DNA of 64,000 nucleotides from Minisyncoccota bacterium (GTDB lineage Bacteria > Patescibacteriota > Minisyncoccia > Phycocordibacterales > UBA12079), in the NCBI GenBank assembly GCA_023140255.1, contig JAGLLX010000001.1, positions 27,861-91,860 on the forward strand, read 5' to 3'. Shown here piece by piece: positions 19,389-30,179 of this stretch (within the stretch, counting starts at the first letter, position 1; each line of letters starts with the position of its first letter). Below the pieces are notes generated by a model, which had not been told where the DNA came from, searched no databases, and was given only the letters and a program-made list of their open reading frames with translations. A program made the translations under genes and the position numbers.

Positions 19389-19518
19389 AAAAACACAATT
19401 CTCTAAGTAAAACAAATGCAAAATATTTTTCTAAGGACTTTTTTTAGAAATATTAGTTAAACTAATCACCGAAAAAAACCTCAATCAATACCTTATATTA
19501 CTTAGAGAATTGTGTTTT
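19389..19518. repeat. 21-bp perfect inverted repeats separated by about 87 bp
   Basis: AAAACACAATTCTCTAAGTAA ... TTACTTAGAGAATTGTGTTTT with a nested AT-rich hairpin. Confidence 0.5.
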
Positions 19519-19621
19519 CAATAACAAAATACTAACTTAATACATAAATTAACATATATATAAAAATATGTCAAGATTTTAGCTTTCAATTTTCTATTAT
19601 ATGAGTTTTTAACTAATTATT

Positions 19622-20638
19622 ATGTCTTCTCTTAAAGAAATAAAAGAAAATTCAGAAAACGATACTAAAGAGGTATTTTTAGACCAAACTCTACGTCCTG
19701 ACACATGGGATGAATATATTGGGCAAGAAAGTATTAAAAATAATGTTTTTATTTTACTTAAAGCAGCTAAAGAAAGGAAACAACAACCTGAACATATTCT
19801 ATTTTACGGACCTCCAGGATTAGGGAAAACTACTTTAGCTTATTTAATCTCAAAAGAGACAGACCATAATATAAAAATCACATCAGGACCAGCTATAGAA
19901 AAAGTTGGTGATTTAGCTTCAATTTTAACAAACCTAAGTCCAGGAGATATACTTTTTATTGATGAAATTCATCGTTTAAATAAAAATATTGAAGAAATTC
20001 TTTACCCAGCAATGGAGTCAGGTTCTTTAGATATTATTATTGGAAAAGGTCCTTCCGCAAGAACAATTCAATTAGAACTTCCTCCTTTTACTTTAATTGC
20101 AGCCACTACAAGAATTTCAATGTTATCTGCTCCCCTACGCTCTCGTTTTTCAGGGGGAACTTTTAGGCTAGAATTTTATTCTGATGATGAAATTGCAAAA
20201 ATAATAGAACGTTCAGCTTCAATATTAGAAGTAGATATTAATAAAGAAACATCTTTAGAGATAGCAAAACGAAGCCGTTTTACACCAAGAACTGCTAATT
20301 TTCTTTTAAAGAGATGTCGCGATTTGGCTCAAGTGAATAAAAATAACTTAGATGAAAAAATAGTTAACGAAACTTTAGAAATGTTAGGAATTGATACTTT
20401 AGGACTATCTCAATTAGACAGACAAATTTTAGAAACAATTATTGAAAAATTTAAAGGAGGCCCTGTTGGACTAGGAACTATTGCTGCTTCCCTTTCAGAA
20501 GAAGCTTCCACACTGGAAGAAGTAAATGAACCTTATTTAATTCAACTAGGTTTAATTGAAAGAACTCCTCGAGGTCGTTCAGTTACTGAAAAAGCTTACC
20601 AGCATTTTAATATTGATTATCCTGAAAATAAACGATAA
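19622..20638 (+). CDS. ruvB: Holliday junction DNA helicase RuvB
   Basis: GPPGLGKTTLA Walker A, DEIHRL, sensor motifs. Confidence 0.9.
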   Translation: MSSLKEIKENSENDTKEVFLDQTLRPDTWDEYIGQESIKNNVFILLKAAKERKQQPEHILFYGPPGLGKTTLAYLISKETDHNIKITSGPAIEKVGDLASILTNLSPGDILFIDEIHRLNKNIEEILYPAMESGSLDIIIGKGPSARTIQLELPPFTLIAATTRISMLSAPLRSRFSGGTFRLEFYSDDEIAKIIERSASILEVDINKETSLEIAKRSRFTPRTANFLLKRCRDLAQVNKNNLDEKIVNETLEMLGIDTLGLSQLDRQILETIIEKFKGGPVGLGTIAASLSEEASTLEEVNEPYLIQLGLIERTPRGRSVTEKAYQHFNIDYPENKR

Positions 20639-20710
20639 TTTAATTGAAAAAACACTAAAATTCAGTATACTTAATACATAATATTTAATACTTAATATAC
20701 ACATATAATC

Positions 20711-21250
20711 ATGTCTGGACATAATAAATGGTCAAAAATTAAACATAAAAAAGCAGCCACTGACGCTAAGAGATCAAAAATATTTTCAAAACATTCAAAA
20801 TTAATTACTGTTGAGTCTAAATTAGTTGATGGAGATATAAATTCCCCCGCTTTAAAATCGGCTATTGATCAAGCAAAAGCAGTAAATATGCCTGCTGATA
20901 ATATTACCCGTGCAGTAAAAAAAGGGACAAGTGCTGACGCTGTTAGTATGGAGGCTATTACTTATGAAGCTTATGGTCCTGGAGGTTGTGCTTTTATTAT
21001 TGAAGCCTTAACTGATTCTAAAAATAGAGCAGCGGCAGAAGTTCGTCATACACTTTCAAAAAACGGGGGTTATGAATTAGCAGGAATAGGTGCTGTTACA
21101 TGGGCTTTTACTAAAGAAGGTAATAAATGGACAGCCCAAAACACAGTTCCTCTTTCTGATGAGGATATGGAAAAAGCTGCCAAACTAATTGATTTATTAG
21201 AAGACAATGATGATGTGCAAGAGGTTTTTACAAACATTAGCGAAGACTAA
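20711..21250 (+). CDS. YebC/PmpR-family transcriptional regulator (short form)
   Basis: MSGHNKWSKIKHKKAATDAKRSKIF N-terminus. Confidence 0.7.
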   Translation: MSGHNKWSKIKHKKAATDAKRSKIFSKHSKLITVESKLVDGDINSPALKSAIDQAKAVNMPADNITRAVKKGTSADAVSMEAITYEAYGPGGCAFIIEALTDSKNRAAAEVRHTLSKNGGYELAGIGAVTWAFTKEGNKWTAQNTVPLSDEDMEKAAKLIDLLEDNDDVQEVFTNISED

Positions 21251-21433
21251 TGTTTGTAAAAACCTTAATTTTCAATTTCTAATTTCTAATGATTTAATTT
21301 CTAATGTTTGAAACATTTATTCATTGATACATTTTGTCATTGTTTGAAAATTGAAAATTGAGAATTGAAAATTTATTTATCTAAAAACTCTATTCCGTTT
21401 TAATTTATCTAAAAACATCTTATACTTATATCT

Positions 21434-21916
21434 ATGCGAATTATATCAATTGATCCTGGATACGAACGAGTTGGAATAGCTATTTTAGAAAAAGAAACTT
21501 CTTCTAGTAAGGAAATTTTACTTTATTCTGATTGTTTTCAGACTGACAAAAAAGATTCTTTTGAAACTCGTTTAAAATTTATCGGGGAAGAACTTGAAAA
21601 ATTAATTAAAGAATATAAACCAAAAGCTCTCGCTATTGAATCTTTATTTTTTAATTCCAACCAAAAAACAGCTTTAAAAGTTTCAGAAGCAAAAGGAGTT
21701 ATAAAATATATGGCTTTAGCCCAAGGATTAGGAATTACAGAATTCACTCCTCTTCAAATTAAAATAGCTATTACTGGATATGGGCGAAGTGATAAAAATC
21801 AAGTAACCACGATGCTCCCCCATTTAATAAATATTGAAAAAAAGGTAAAATATGATGATGAGTATGATGCGATTGCAATAGGACTTACTTATTTTGCGTG
21901 TAATCCAAATAAATAA
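21434..21916 (+). CDS. ruvC: Crossover junction endodeoxyribonuclease RuvC
   Basis: MRIISIDPGYERVGIAI ... catalytic D/E residues; follows ruvB-yebC. Confidence 0.85.
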   Translation: MRIISIDPGYERVGIAILEKETSSSKEILLYSDCFQTDKKDSFETRLKFIGEELEKLIKEYKPKALAIESLFFNSNQKTALKVSEAKGVIKYMALAQGLGITEFTPLQIKIAITGYGRSDKNQVTTMLPHLINIEKKVKYDDEYDAIAIGLTYFACNPNK

Positions 21917-22301
21917 TATGGAGAAAATAAATTTTTATTCAAATACACTTACTTTAATAATTATAGTTATTATAGGTTTTTATCTAGCTTATTTATACGG
22001 AAGAAAAACTAAAACATTTAAATGGAATGAATATATTGCGTTAGTTATTCCCCCAACATTAATAGTTGTTTTTTATTTATACCTAGAAGGTATTAATATA
22101 ATTAAATTATATTTTATAAGTGCTATTATTGGATCAATATTAGAATATTGTTTAGGTTTAGCTTATCATAAAACCCTTAATAAAAGACTTTGGACTTATA
22201 ATAAATTAACAAAAAATGGTTACACTAGTTTATTATCAATTCCTTTTTGGGGAGCTGCGGGAATTTTATTTTGGAGACTAAGTGTTATAGTAGGATTATA
22301 A
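21894..22301 (+). CDS. Hypothetical polytopic membrane protein
   Basis: 135 aa, 4 TM helices. Confidence 0.35.
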   Translation: MRVIQINNMEKINFYSNTLTLIIIVIIGFYLAYLYGRKTKTFKWNEYIALVIPPTLIVVFYLYLEGINIIKLYFISAIIGSILEYCLGLAYHKTLNKRLWTYNKLTKNGYTSLLSIPFWGAAGILFWRLSVIVGL

Positions 22302-22311
22302 AAAATTAATA

Positions 22312-24813
22312 ATGAAAAAAGATTTAACAAAAAAAATAATAGTCCTTTTATTTATTTTCTCAATGTTTTTTGGAGGAATAATTTTTTTATGGGTTTCCAC
22401 TTTTAAAATTCCTGACTTAGATACTATTTCAGAAAGAAGAATATCTGAATCAACAAAAATTTACGACCGCACAGGAGAAGTTCTTTTGTATGACTTACAT
22501 AAAGATACTAAGAGAACAATAATTCCTTACTCTGAAATTTCTTCTTTTATTAAAAACGCTACTGTCGCTATTGAAGATGCTGAATTTTATCAACATAATG
22601 GAGTAAAACCAATGGCTTTTTTACGGTCAGTTTTAGCTAACTTAAAAACAATGAGTTTTAGCCAAGGAGGTTCTACGATTACTCAACAAGTAGTTAAAAA
22701 TTCAATCTTAACCACAGAGAAAAAAATCACCCGTAAATTAAAAGAGTGGGTTTTAGCTTATAAACTAGAACAAATAATGACTAAAGACGAAATTCTCGCT
22801 TTATATTTAAACGAAGCTCCTTATGGTGGAAATATTTATGGAATTGAAGAAGCCTCATTAACTTTTTTTGGTAAAAACTCAAAAGATTTAACATTAATTG
22901 AGTCAGCTTATTTAGCAGCTATTCCTCAAGCCCCAACTTTTTATTCTCCTTATGGAAATAACAGAGACCGATTAGAAGTTAGAAAAAATTTAGTTCTTTC
23001 TCAGATGTTTAAAAATAATTTCATAAATGAAGAAGATTATTTAGAAGCTATAAAAACCGAATTAGAATTTAAGAAGCAAGAAGTAATGGGAATTCGCGCT
23101 CCTCATTTTGTAATGTATATTAAAGGATATTTAGAAAATAGATATGGAAAAAATGTAACAGAGGAAGGTTTAAAAGTTATCACAACTTTAGATTATGACC
23201 TCCAAGAAAAAGGTGAGGAAATTGCAAAAAGATATGCTTTAGAAAATACAGAAAAATTTAATGCTGAAAATGCTTCCTTAGTAGCGATTGATTCTAAAAC
23301 AGGACAAATTTTAACAATGGTTGGTTCTCGTGATTATTTTGATAAAAATATTGAAGGTAATTTTAATATTGCTTTAGCCCATCGCCAACCAGGGTCAGCC
23401 TTTAAACCTTTTGTTTATGCAACTGCTTTTAATAAAGGATACACGCCAGAAACAATAGTTTTTGACTTACAAACAGAATTTTCAACAACTTGTAACCCAG
23501 ACGGAACTCCTATAAATCCAGATGAAACTGAGGAAGATAATACTTGTTACTCCCCCACTAACTATGATGATATTTTTCGCGGACCTGTTTCTTTTAGAAA
23601 CGCCTTAGCCCAATCAATCAACATTCCTGCTATTAAAGCTCTTTATTTAGCAGGTCTATCAGATTCTTTGCAGGTAGCTAAAGATATGGGGATTGAAAAA
23701 TTAGGAGATATAAATCAATATGGTTTAACTTTAGTATTAGGAGGTGGTGAAGTTTCTTTATTAGATATCACAAATGCTTATGCAACTTTTTCTAACCAAG
23801 GAGTTAAAAACCCTACAGTAGGAATTTTAAAAATTGAAGATAAAAATGGATCTATAATTGAAGAATTTAAATCTTACCCAAGAAGAGTTTTACCTGAGCA
23901 AACAGCCTTAATGATTTCTGATGTTTTGTCTGATAATAAAGCAAGGACTCCTGCTTTTGGAGCTTATTCTCCACTTTATTTTGGAAATCAAAGCGTTGCT
24001 GCAAAAACAGGAACAACTAATGATTATCGTGATGCTTGGATAATTGGATATAGTGATAAAATAGCTTTTGGAGCTTGGGCAGGAAATAATGATAATACAT
24101 CAATGGAGAAAAAAGTAGCTGGTTTTGTGGTCGCTCCTATGTGGCACGATTTTGTAGTGGAAGTATTAAAAAAATACCCAGCAGAAAATTTTGAACAAGC
24201 TAAAAAATTACCTTTAGATGAAATTAAACCTGTTTTAAGAGGTATTTGGTTAGGAGGAGAAACTTATGTTATAGATAAAATATCAGGTAAATTAGTTAGT
24301 GAATATACTCCTGAAGAATTATATGAAGAAAAGGTTGTGCAAAATATTCATTCTATTTTATATTGGGTAGATAAAAATAACCCTCTAGGTCCAAAACCGA
24401 CAGCTCCTGAAAATGATATGCAATTTGAGAGATGGGAATATAGAGTAGCTGAATGGGCCTTAGATAATAATTTTAGCACTTCTACCGTTACTCAAATACC
24501 GACAAGTTATGACGATATTCACAAACCTGAATACCTGCCTAGATTTGATATTATTACTCCAAATACAATGATAACTTATGATAAAAATAACCAAATTAAT
24601 GTAATTATTTCTAAAACATACTCCAAATACCCTATTCTTAAAAAAGAATTTTATATTAATGGAATTTTTATTGGATCTACACAAGCAAATAAAAATTTCT
24701 CATTTATTCCAAATAATATTATTAATATAAAATCAGTAAATACATTAAAGATAGTTTTAATTGACTCTGTTTATAACAAATCAATTAAAACTATTGAATT
24801 TAAAGTACAATAA
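22312..24813 (+). CDS. Class A penicillin-binding protein (transglycosylase + transpeptidase) with C-terminal extension
   Basis: GT51 motifs EDAEFYQH, GGSTITQQ; TP motifs SAFKPF (SxxK), SxN, KTGT. Confidence 0.85.
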   Translation: MKKDLTKKIIVLLFIFSMFFGGIIFLWVSTFKIPDLDTISERRISESTKIYDRTGEVLLYDLHKDTKRTIIPYSEISSFIKNATVAIEDAEFYQHNGVKPMAFLRSVLANLKTMSFSQGGSTITQQVVKNSILTTEKKITRKLKEWVLAYKLEQIMTKDEILALYLNEAPYGGNIYGIEEASLTFFGKNSKDLTLIESAYLAAIPQAPTFYSPYGNNRDRLEVRKNLVLSQMFKNNFINEEDYLEAIKTELEFKKQEVMGIRAPHFVMYIKGYLENRYGKNVTEEGLKVITTLDYDLQEKGEEIAKRYALENTEKFNAENASLVAIDSKTGQILTMVGSRDYFDKNIEGNFNIALAHRQPGSAFKPFVYATAFNKGYTPETIVFDLQTEFSTTCNPDGTPINPDETEEDNTCYSPTNYDDIFRGPVSFRNALAQSINIPAIKALYLAGLSDSLQVAKDMGIEKLGDINQYGLTLVLGGGEVSLLDITNAYATFSNQGVKNPTVGILKIEDKNGSIIEEFKSYPRRVLPEQTALMISDVLSDNKARTPAFGAYSPLYFGNQSVAAKTGTTNDYRDAWIIGYSDKIAFGAWAGNNDNTSMEKKVAGFVVAPMWHDFVVEVLKKYPAENFEQAKKLPLDEIKPVLRGIWLGGETYVIDKISGKLVSEYTPEELYEEKVVQNIHSILYWVDKNNPLGPKPTAPENDMQFERWEYRVAEWALDNNFSTSTVTQIPTSYDDIHKPEYLPRFDIITPNTMITYDKNNQINVIISKTYSKYPILKKEFYINGIFIGSTQANKNFSFIPNNIINIKSVNTLKIVLIDSVYNKSIKTIEFKVQ

Positions 24814-24835
24814 TAATTTAAATTAATATTAAATA

Positions 24836-24866
24836 AAAGGTCGGAGCAAAGCTCCGACCTTTTATT
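24836..24866 (+). terminator. Rho-independent terminator after PBP gene
   Basis: AAAGGTCGGAGC-AAA-GCTCCGACCTTTT + T-run. Confidence 0.65.
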
Positions 24867-24912
24867 TATCCTTATTTTAAGCCCTGCTAAATGGCTCACT
24901 TTTTTGAGCCAT

Positions 24913-25194
24913 TTAATTTATCTTTTGATAATATACTGAACGTCCAATTTCTCCCTTTTGCTCAATTAATTTTTTATCTTCTAATTTTTGAAGATATCTA
25001 GTAGCTGTAGAATCTGAAACATCTAATAATTCCTCTACATCGTTATTAGCTACTCTACTTTTTTCGTTTATTAGGTCTAAAATCTTTTCTTCTTTTGTGC
25101 CTAGATTATTATCTTTAGAAAACTTACCTTTATTTAAATAAACAAAGACTCCATAACCGATTATTATCCCTAATATTATATAAATTAATATCAT
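24913..25194 (-). CDS. Membrane-anchored winged-helix DNA-binding protein
   Basis: N-terminal TM; LDLINEKSRVANNDVEELLDVSDSTATRYLQKLEDKKLIE HTH. Confidence 0.45.
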   Translation of the reverse strand: MILIYIILGIIIGYGVFVYLNKGKFSKDNNLGTKEEKILDLINEKSRVANNDVEELLDVSDSTATRYLQKLEDKKLIEQKGEIGRSVYYQKIN

Positions 25195-25196
25195 TA

Positions 25197-26294
25197 TTAT
25201 TTATTCATTGGCATCACTAGATATAAAAATTGATTATCTGATACTCCTCTAATGATCATAGGTTTACCTATATTATTAAACTGAAGAACTATAGAATCAG
25301 TATGAATAGATTGGAAACAATCTGTTATATATTTATAATTAAAATTAATGTTTAAATCATCTCCTGACAAAGAAGCTGATAAATTATTTACATTTTCCCC
25401 TACTTCGTCACTCTTTGATTTTATTTCAAACTTCTTATTATTAGGTTCAATATTAAAATTAACTTGATTAAACTTATCTGAAAAAATATTTATTATTTTA
25501 AAAACTCTTATAAAATCTTCCATTAAAACTACAACTTCAGTAGTAAATTCTTTAGGAATTAATTGTTTATAATCAGGAAAAGAACCTTCAATAACTCTAG
25601 AAGTTAAATAAATATTATCATAATTAAAAGAAATCTGATTTTTACTTATTTCAATATCAATATCTCCTTCAACATCTTCAAATATTTTAATTATTTCGGG
25701 AACATTTTTAAAAGGTATTAAAATATTATTAATTTTCTCTTTTGAGATTATAGGAATTTTAGTTTCAGCTAATCTAAATGAATCTGTGGCCACAAAATAA
25801 ACAAAATCTTCCTCAATATTTATACAAACACTTGATAACTCTGGTTTTATACTAGAAATAGAAGAACTATACCAAACTGATTTAAGACCTTTGATTAATT
25901 TTTTAGAATCTAAAGATATTTTGTTATCCCCTTTTATTTTAGGTATGGAAGGAAAATCTTCACTTGTCTGAGTTTTAATAGTAGAAGTATTACTATCAGT
26001 AATAATATATAGGTTATTATTTTTAATTTCTAAATTAATTTTTTCATCAGAAATATTAGATAATAAATTTTTAAATATAGCTCCAGGAACAGCTATAATA
26101 CCTTCTTCTGCAATTTCAGTATTAATTGATATTTCTATTCCTAAATCTAAATTAGTAGCTTTAAAAATTAATTTATTTTCTTTAGCTTCTAGTAAAAGAA
26201 AATTTAAAATTTCTAAATTTAAATTTTTACCAACAATTTTCTCTGTCTTAGAAACTGCGTTTATTATTTTTTTTGTAATACATTTTAATTTCAT
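25197..26294 (-). CDS. dnaN: DNA polymerase III beta subunit (sliding clamp)
   Basis: Three-domain clamp of about 365 aa, directly downstream of dnaA. Confidence 0.85.
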   Translation of the reverse strand: MKLKCITKKIINAVSKTEKIVGKNLNLEILNFLLLEAKENKLIFKATNLDLGIEISINTEIAEEGIIAVPGAIFKNLLSNISDEKINLEIKNNNLYIITDSNTSTIKTQTSEDFPSIPKIKGDNKISLDSKKLIKGLKSVWYSSSISSIKPELSSVCINIEEDFVYFVATDSFRLAETKIPIISKEKINNILIPFKNVPEIIKIFEDVEGDIDIEISKNQISFNYDNIYLTSRVIEGSFPDYKQLIPKEFTTEVVVLMEDFIRVFKIINIFSDKFNQVNFNIEPNNKKFEIKSKSDEVGENVNNLSASLSGDDLNINFNYKYITDCFQSIHTDSIVLQFNNIGKPMIIRGVSDNQFLYLVMPMNK

Positions 26295-26518
26295 AATATG
26301 TTTATATTATATATATATTATATTTATTATATATATAGACTGTGAATAACTGGATAAGTCTATTTTTCTTTTATTTTATATACTCATTTAATGATTTATT
26401 TAGTTGATAAGTATATGAACTACTTTTAATTAAAGGTGGATAATTTAAAAAATGATAACTTTTAAATACTTTTTACTTTAATTAAGAACACTTTATCAGT
26501 AAGTTATAAACAGGTTTA
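26295..26518. promoter_or_regulatory. Putative oriC segment (AT-rich unwinding region + DnaA boxes) between dnaA and dnaN
   Basis: (AT)n-rich stretch 26295..26340; DnaA-box-like 9-mers at 26350..26358 (CTTATCCAG) and 26435..26443 (TTATCCACC). Confidence 0.5.
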
Positions 26519-27868
26519 TTAACTAAACATTGAACGAATTTGTTCTAACTCTTGTGATAATAAATTATTATTTTTTAAATTATTTCTAATTTTATCACAG
26601 GAATGTATAACAGTTGTGTGATCACGTCCTCCTAATTTCTCCCCTATTGATGGATAAGATACATTAAAATCTTCTCTTAATATATACATTATTAATTGTC
26701 TTGGTCTAACTATTTCTTTTTTACGAGTTTTCTTACATATCATATCTTCCTCTACATTATAGAAATTTGCTACAGTTTTAATAATTTCTTTTATAGAAAC
26801 ATTTTTATTAGAATTTATGTTAATTTTAATTAAATTACGAACTTCTTGTAAAGATAATTCTTTCTTCTTTAGTTGTGATTGGCACATAATTGAGTTAAAA
26901 ATACCTTCTAACTCACGAATATTACCTTTAACTTCTAAAGCAACATGATTAATTACTATATCTTCTAAGTGGAAATTATTTAGTTTAGTTTTAGATTTTA
27001 TAATAGCTATTCTTGATTCCGTATCAGGAACTTGAATATCAACAGTCATTCCAGCACTAAATCTAGATTTTAATCTATCAGCTATATCAGCTATATGATT
27101 AGGATGTCTATCTGATGAAAATATAATTTGTTTATTGTTATCATATAGATAATTAAAAAGATGGAATAATTCTTCTTGAGTTCTTTCTTTATGAGTTAAA
27201 AATTGAATATCATCCATAATTAAAATATCATATTTACGATACTTTTCTTTAAATAAATTGATTTTATTTTGTTGAATAGACTGGATACAATCCATTGAAA
27301 ATTTTTCAGATGTTGTGTAAAAAACTTTTTTGTTTAATTTTTTGAATTCATTCCCTAATGCTTGTATTAAATGTGTTTTACCATAACCAGTTTTTCCATA
27401 TACAAAAAGAGGGTTGTACACAACTCCTTGTTTCTTTAAAACAGTTTGAGAAGCTACATAAGCTAACTCATTAAAAGTTCCCACTATAAAATTATTAAAA
27501 GTATAACGAGGGTTTAAGTTATCTTTTTTATTAATAGATATAGTTTCTAAAGGTAGTTTGTTATTAATACTTATATATTGTTTAGTTAAATCCTTATTGT
27601 CTTTTGTTTGAGCGTTATTTATAATATATTCAACTGCTCGTATGTTGTTTTCTATATTTCTTAGTATTTTTAAAATATATTTATTATATTTTTCATATAA
27701 CCAGTTTTTAACAAATTCATTAGGAACTCCTATAAAAATAATTCCACCTTCATACTTAATTATAGTAGTATCTTTAAACCATGTATTAAAGTTTGCTTTA
27801 GAAAGTTCTAACTCTAAACTATTTAATACTTCTTCCCATATTTTTTTATTTTCTGCAGAAGGTTCCAT
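26519..27868 (-). CDS. dnaA: Chromosomal replication initiator DnaA
   Basis: AAA+ Walker A GKTGYGKTHL, box VII, C-terminal DNA-binding domain. Confidence 0.9.
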   Translation of the reverse strand: MEPSAENKKIWEEVLNSLELELSKANFNTWFKDTTIIKYEGGIIFIGVPNEFVKNWLYEKYNKYILKILRNIENNIRAVEYIINNAQTKDNKDLTKQYISINNKLPLETISINKKDNLNPRYTFNNFIVGTFNELAYVASQTVLKKQGVVYNPLFVYGKTGYGKTHLIQALGNEFKKLNKKVFYTTSEKFSMDCIQSIQQNKINLFKEKYRKYDILIMDDIQFLTHKERTQEELFHLFNYLYDNNKQIIFSSDRHPNHIADIADRLKSRFSAGMTVDIQVPDTESRIAIIKSKTKLNNFHLEDIVINHVALEVKGNIRELEGIFNSIMCQSQLKKKELSLQEVRNLIKININSNKNVSIKEIIKTVANFYNVEEDMICKKTRKKEIVRPRQLIMYILREDFNVSYPSIGEKLGGRDHTTVIHSCDKIRNNLKNNNLLSQELEQIRSMFS

Positions 27869-27926
27869 ACTTTTATTTTAAAATAAATTATATTATTAAT
27901 TTCAGTATTATAGAACTAGTAAAAAG

Positions 27927-27956
27927 TGGATTAACATGTTCTTAAGTTGTGGATAA
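27927..27956. promoter_or_regulatory. DnaA boxes upstream of dnaA
   Basis: Perfect TTATCCACA (27948..27956, minus orientation) and TTAATCCAC (27927..27935). Confidence 0.5.
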
Positions 27957-28057
27957 CTTTTATAAGAACAAAAAACTATTAAGATTTATAAAGTTAAAAA
28001 TAAAAAAATAACAAGCTTTTACTTGTTATTTCTTATGTATTTGAATTAAATTAAAAA

Positions 28058-28192
28058 CTAAACAGAAATTTTAGATCTTCCCTTTCTTCTTCTATTTTTA
28101 AGTATTTTTCTACCAGCTTTAGAAGCGCTTCTTACTAAAAAGCCGTGAGTTTTATTTCTTTTTCTGTTTTTTGGTTGGTATGTTTGTGACAT
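28058..28192 (-). CDS. rpmH: 50S ribosomal protein bL34
   Basis: Hand-translated 44-aa [47 protein letters not shown]; too short for the ORF track. Confidence 0.8.
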   Translation of the reverse strand: MSQTYQPKNRKRNKTHGFLVRSASKAGRKILKNRRRKGRSKISV

Positions 28193-28280
28193 AGTGGTGG
28201 AAAGTATAATGTAAAATAGTAAAAAAAACAAGGGTTTTATTTACTTTTAACTTTTAACTTTTTACTTTATACTTAATTTA

Positions 28281-28610
28281 ATGTTATCTAAAGAAAAAAG
28301 AATAAATACTATTTTATTTGATGAAATATTAAAATTAGGAAATAAAAGATATTTTAAATATTTCTATATTTTGGTTTTAGAAAATGATAAACAAAAAAAT
28401 AGTCATATAGCTTTTGTTGTGCCAAAAAAACAATTTAAAAAAGCAATAGATAGAAATAATATAAAAAGAAAATGTTCAGGGATAATAAAGGATATTTATT
28501 TAAATATTCCCTCTTCTTTAAATATTATCTTTTTTTTAAAAAAAGAAATAGAAGAATTAAATTTTCAAGAGTTACAAAGTGAAATAACAAATAGTTTAAA
28601 TGATTTTTAA
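28281..28610 (+). CDS. rnpA: Ribonuclease P protein component
   Basis: Basic 109-aa protein; position between rpmH and yidC; RNR-like basic patch. Confidence 0.7.
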   Translation: MLSKEKRINTILFDEILKLGNKRYFKYFYILVLENDKQKNSHIAFVVPKKQFKKAIDRNNIKRKCSGIIKDIYLNIPSSLNIIFFLKKEIEELNFQELQSEITNSLNDF

Positions 28611-28786
28611 TTTTTTTTACTCTCTCACTATTATTAATTTTGTTTAAATAACCTGAAAACAATATTTTTAATAAATTTATATAATATTACTTTATCATTT
28701 TCTATATTAATAATAGTGAGGGGCTGCAAGATTTTTGTATTAAAAATCTTTTGCTTTTTAGGTGTGAATGAGATATTATAATCTCT

Positions 28787-29521
28787 ATGATATCTAATTT
28801 ATTTAATACATTATTTTTTAATCCTATTTACAATGGATTAATTTTTTTAATGTCCAGTTTTTCTTGGTTAGACATGGGAATGGCTGTGATATTAGTAACT
28901 ATTTTAGTTAAATTATTAATATTTCCTTTAACTAAGAAGTCTATACAATTACAAATTGCTCAAAAAAAGATAGAACCAGAAATTAAAAAAATTAAAGAAG
29001 AATTTAAAAATAAAAAAGAAGAGCAAGCAATGAAAATAATGGAATTATATAAGGAAAACAACCTTAATCCTCTTTCAGGTATTTTAATTATGTTTATTCA
29101 AATTCCTATTATTTTTGCTTTATATTTTGTATTTCTGAAAGGAGGTTTACCTGAAATTAACACTGATATTCTTTATTCTTTTATAAAAATTCCAAGTGAT
29201 GTACACACAATTTTTCTTGGGATTATAGATATAACAGAAAAAAGTTTATTTTTAGCTATTTTAGCTGGTATCTCTCAATATATTCAAATTCAATTAATAT
29301 TACCTAATATTAGCTTAAAATCTAATAATAAAGAAAGAGATTTTAAAGAGGATTTAATGAAAAGTATGAGTTTACAGATGAAGTACGTAATGCCTGTAAT
29401 AATTGTATTAATTGCTTATAATTTACCCTCAGCTATTGCATTATACTGGATAACAAGTAATATATTTATGATAAGTCAGGAAATTTTTGTTAAAAGAAAG
29501 ATGGAAGCAGTAGAAAATTAA
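28787..29521 (+). CDS. yidC: Membrane protein insertase YidC (short YidC/Oxa1 type)
   Basis: 244 aa, 5 TM; conserved hydrophilic groove residues; synteny rnpA-yidC-jag. Confidence 0.75.
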   Translation: MISNLFNTLFFNPIYNGLIFLMSSFSWLDMGMAVILVTILVKLLIFPLTKKSIQLQIAQKKIEPEIKKIKEEFKNKKEEQAMKIMELYKENNLNPLSGILIMFIQIPIIFALYFVFLKGGLPEINTDILYSFIKIPSDVHTIFLGIIDITEKSLFLAILAGISQYIQIQLILPNISLKSNNKERDFKEDLMKSMSLQMKYVMPVIIVLIAYNLPSAIALYWITSNIFMISQEIFVKRKMEAVEN

Positions 29522-29639
29522 AAATTTTCAGATTTAGGATTTAGGAATTAAGAAATAAAAAATCGCAAAGCGATTTTTATCCTAAATATTAAATCCTAAA
29601 TCTTGAATCTATCTATCGATAGGTAGATAATTAAATAAT

Positions 29640-30110
29640 ATGGAAAAGCAGATAGATATAATAAAAGAGAATATTGAATTGGTTCTAAATAAATTATGTA
29701 TAGATTTTGATGAAATTCAGTTTGTTGAAAAAAATGATTTTAATAAAGGTTTTAAATTTATTATTAAAACAAATGATTCAGGTATCTTAATTGGAAATGA
29801 AGGAGCTAATATTTATGCTTTTAATCATGTTGTTAAAAAGATAATTTGGAAAAAAACTTCAGAATTTAATGAAAAGATTAATTTTTTTATAGATGTAAAT
29901 GATTATCAAAGTAATAATATTGATAAAATTAAGAAAGAAGCATTAAATGTTGCTACAAAAACAGATTTATTTAAAAGAGATATAGAAATGCCAGCAGCTA
30001 ATTCTTATGAAAGAATGATTATCCATGCGACTCTAGTTGATAATGATAAGGTTTATACAGAATCTATTGGTGAAGGAGAATTCAGAAGAGTGGTAGTTAA
30101 ACCGAGATAA
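29640..30110 (+). CDS. Jag/KhpB-like RNA-binding protein (KH + R3H)
   Basis: C-terminal R3H motif ERMIIHATL; follows yidC. Confidence 0.65.
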   Translation: MEKQIDIIKENIELVLNKLCIDFDEIQFVEKNDFNKGFKFIIKTNDSGILIGNEGANIYAFNHVVKKIIWKKTSEFNEKINFFIDVNDYQSNNIDKIKKEALNVATKTDLFKRDIEMPAANSYERMIIHATLVDNDKVYTESIGEGEFRRVVVKPR

Positions 30111-30179
30111 GACTTAAAATTCAAGATTTAGGATTTAAAAAATAGGCTTTGGCCTATTTTTAAAAATTAAGAATTTAAT

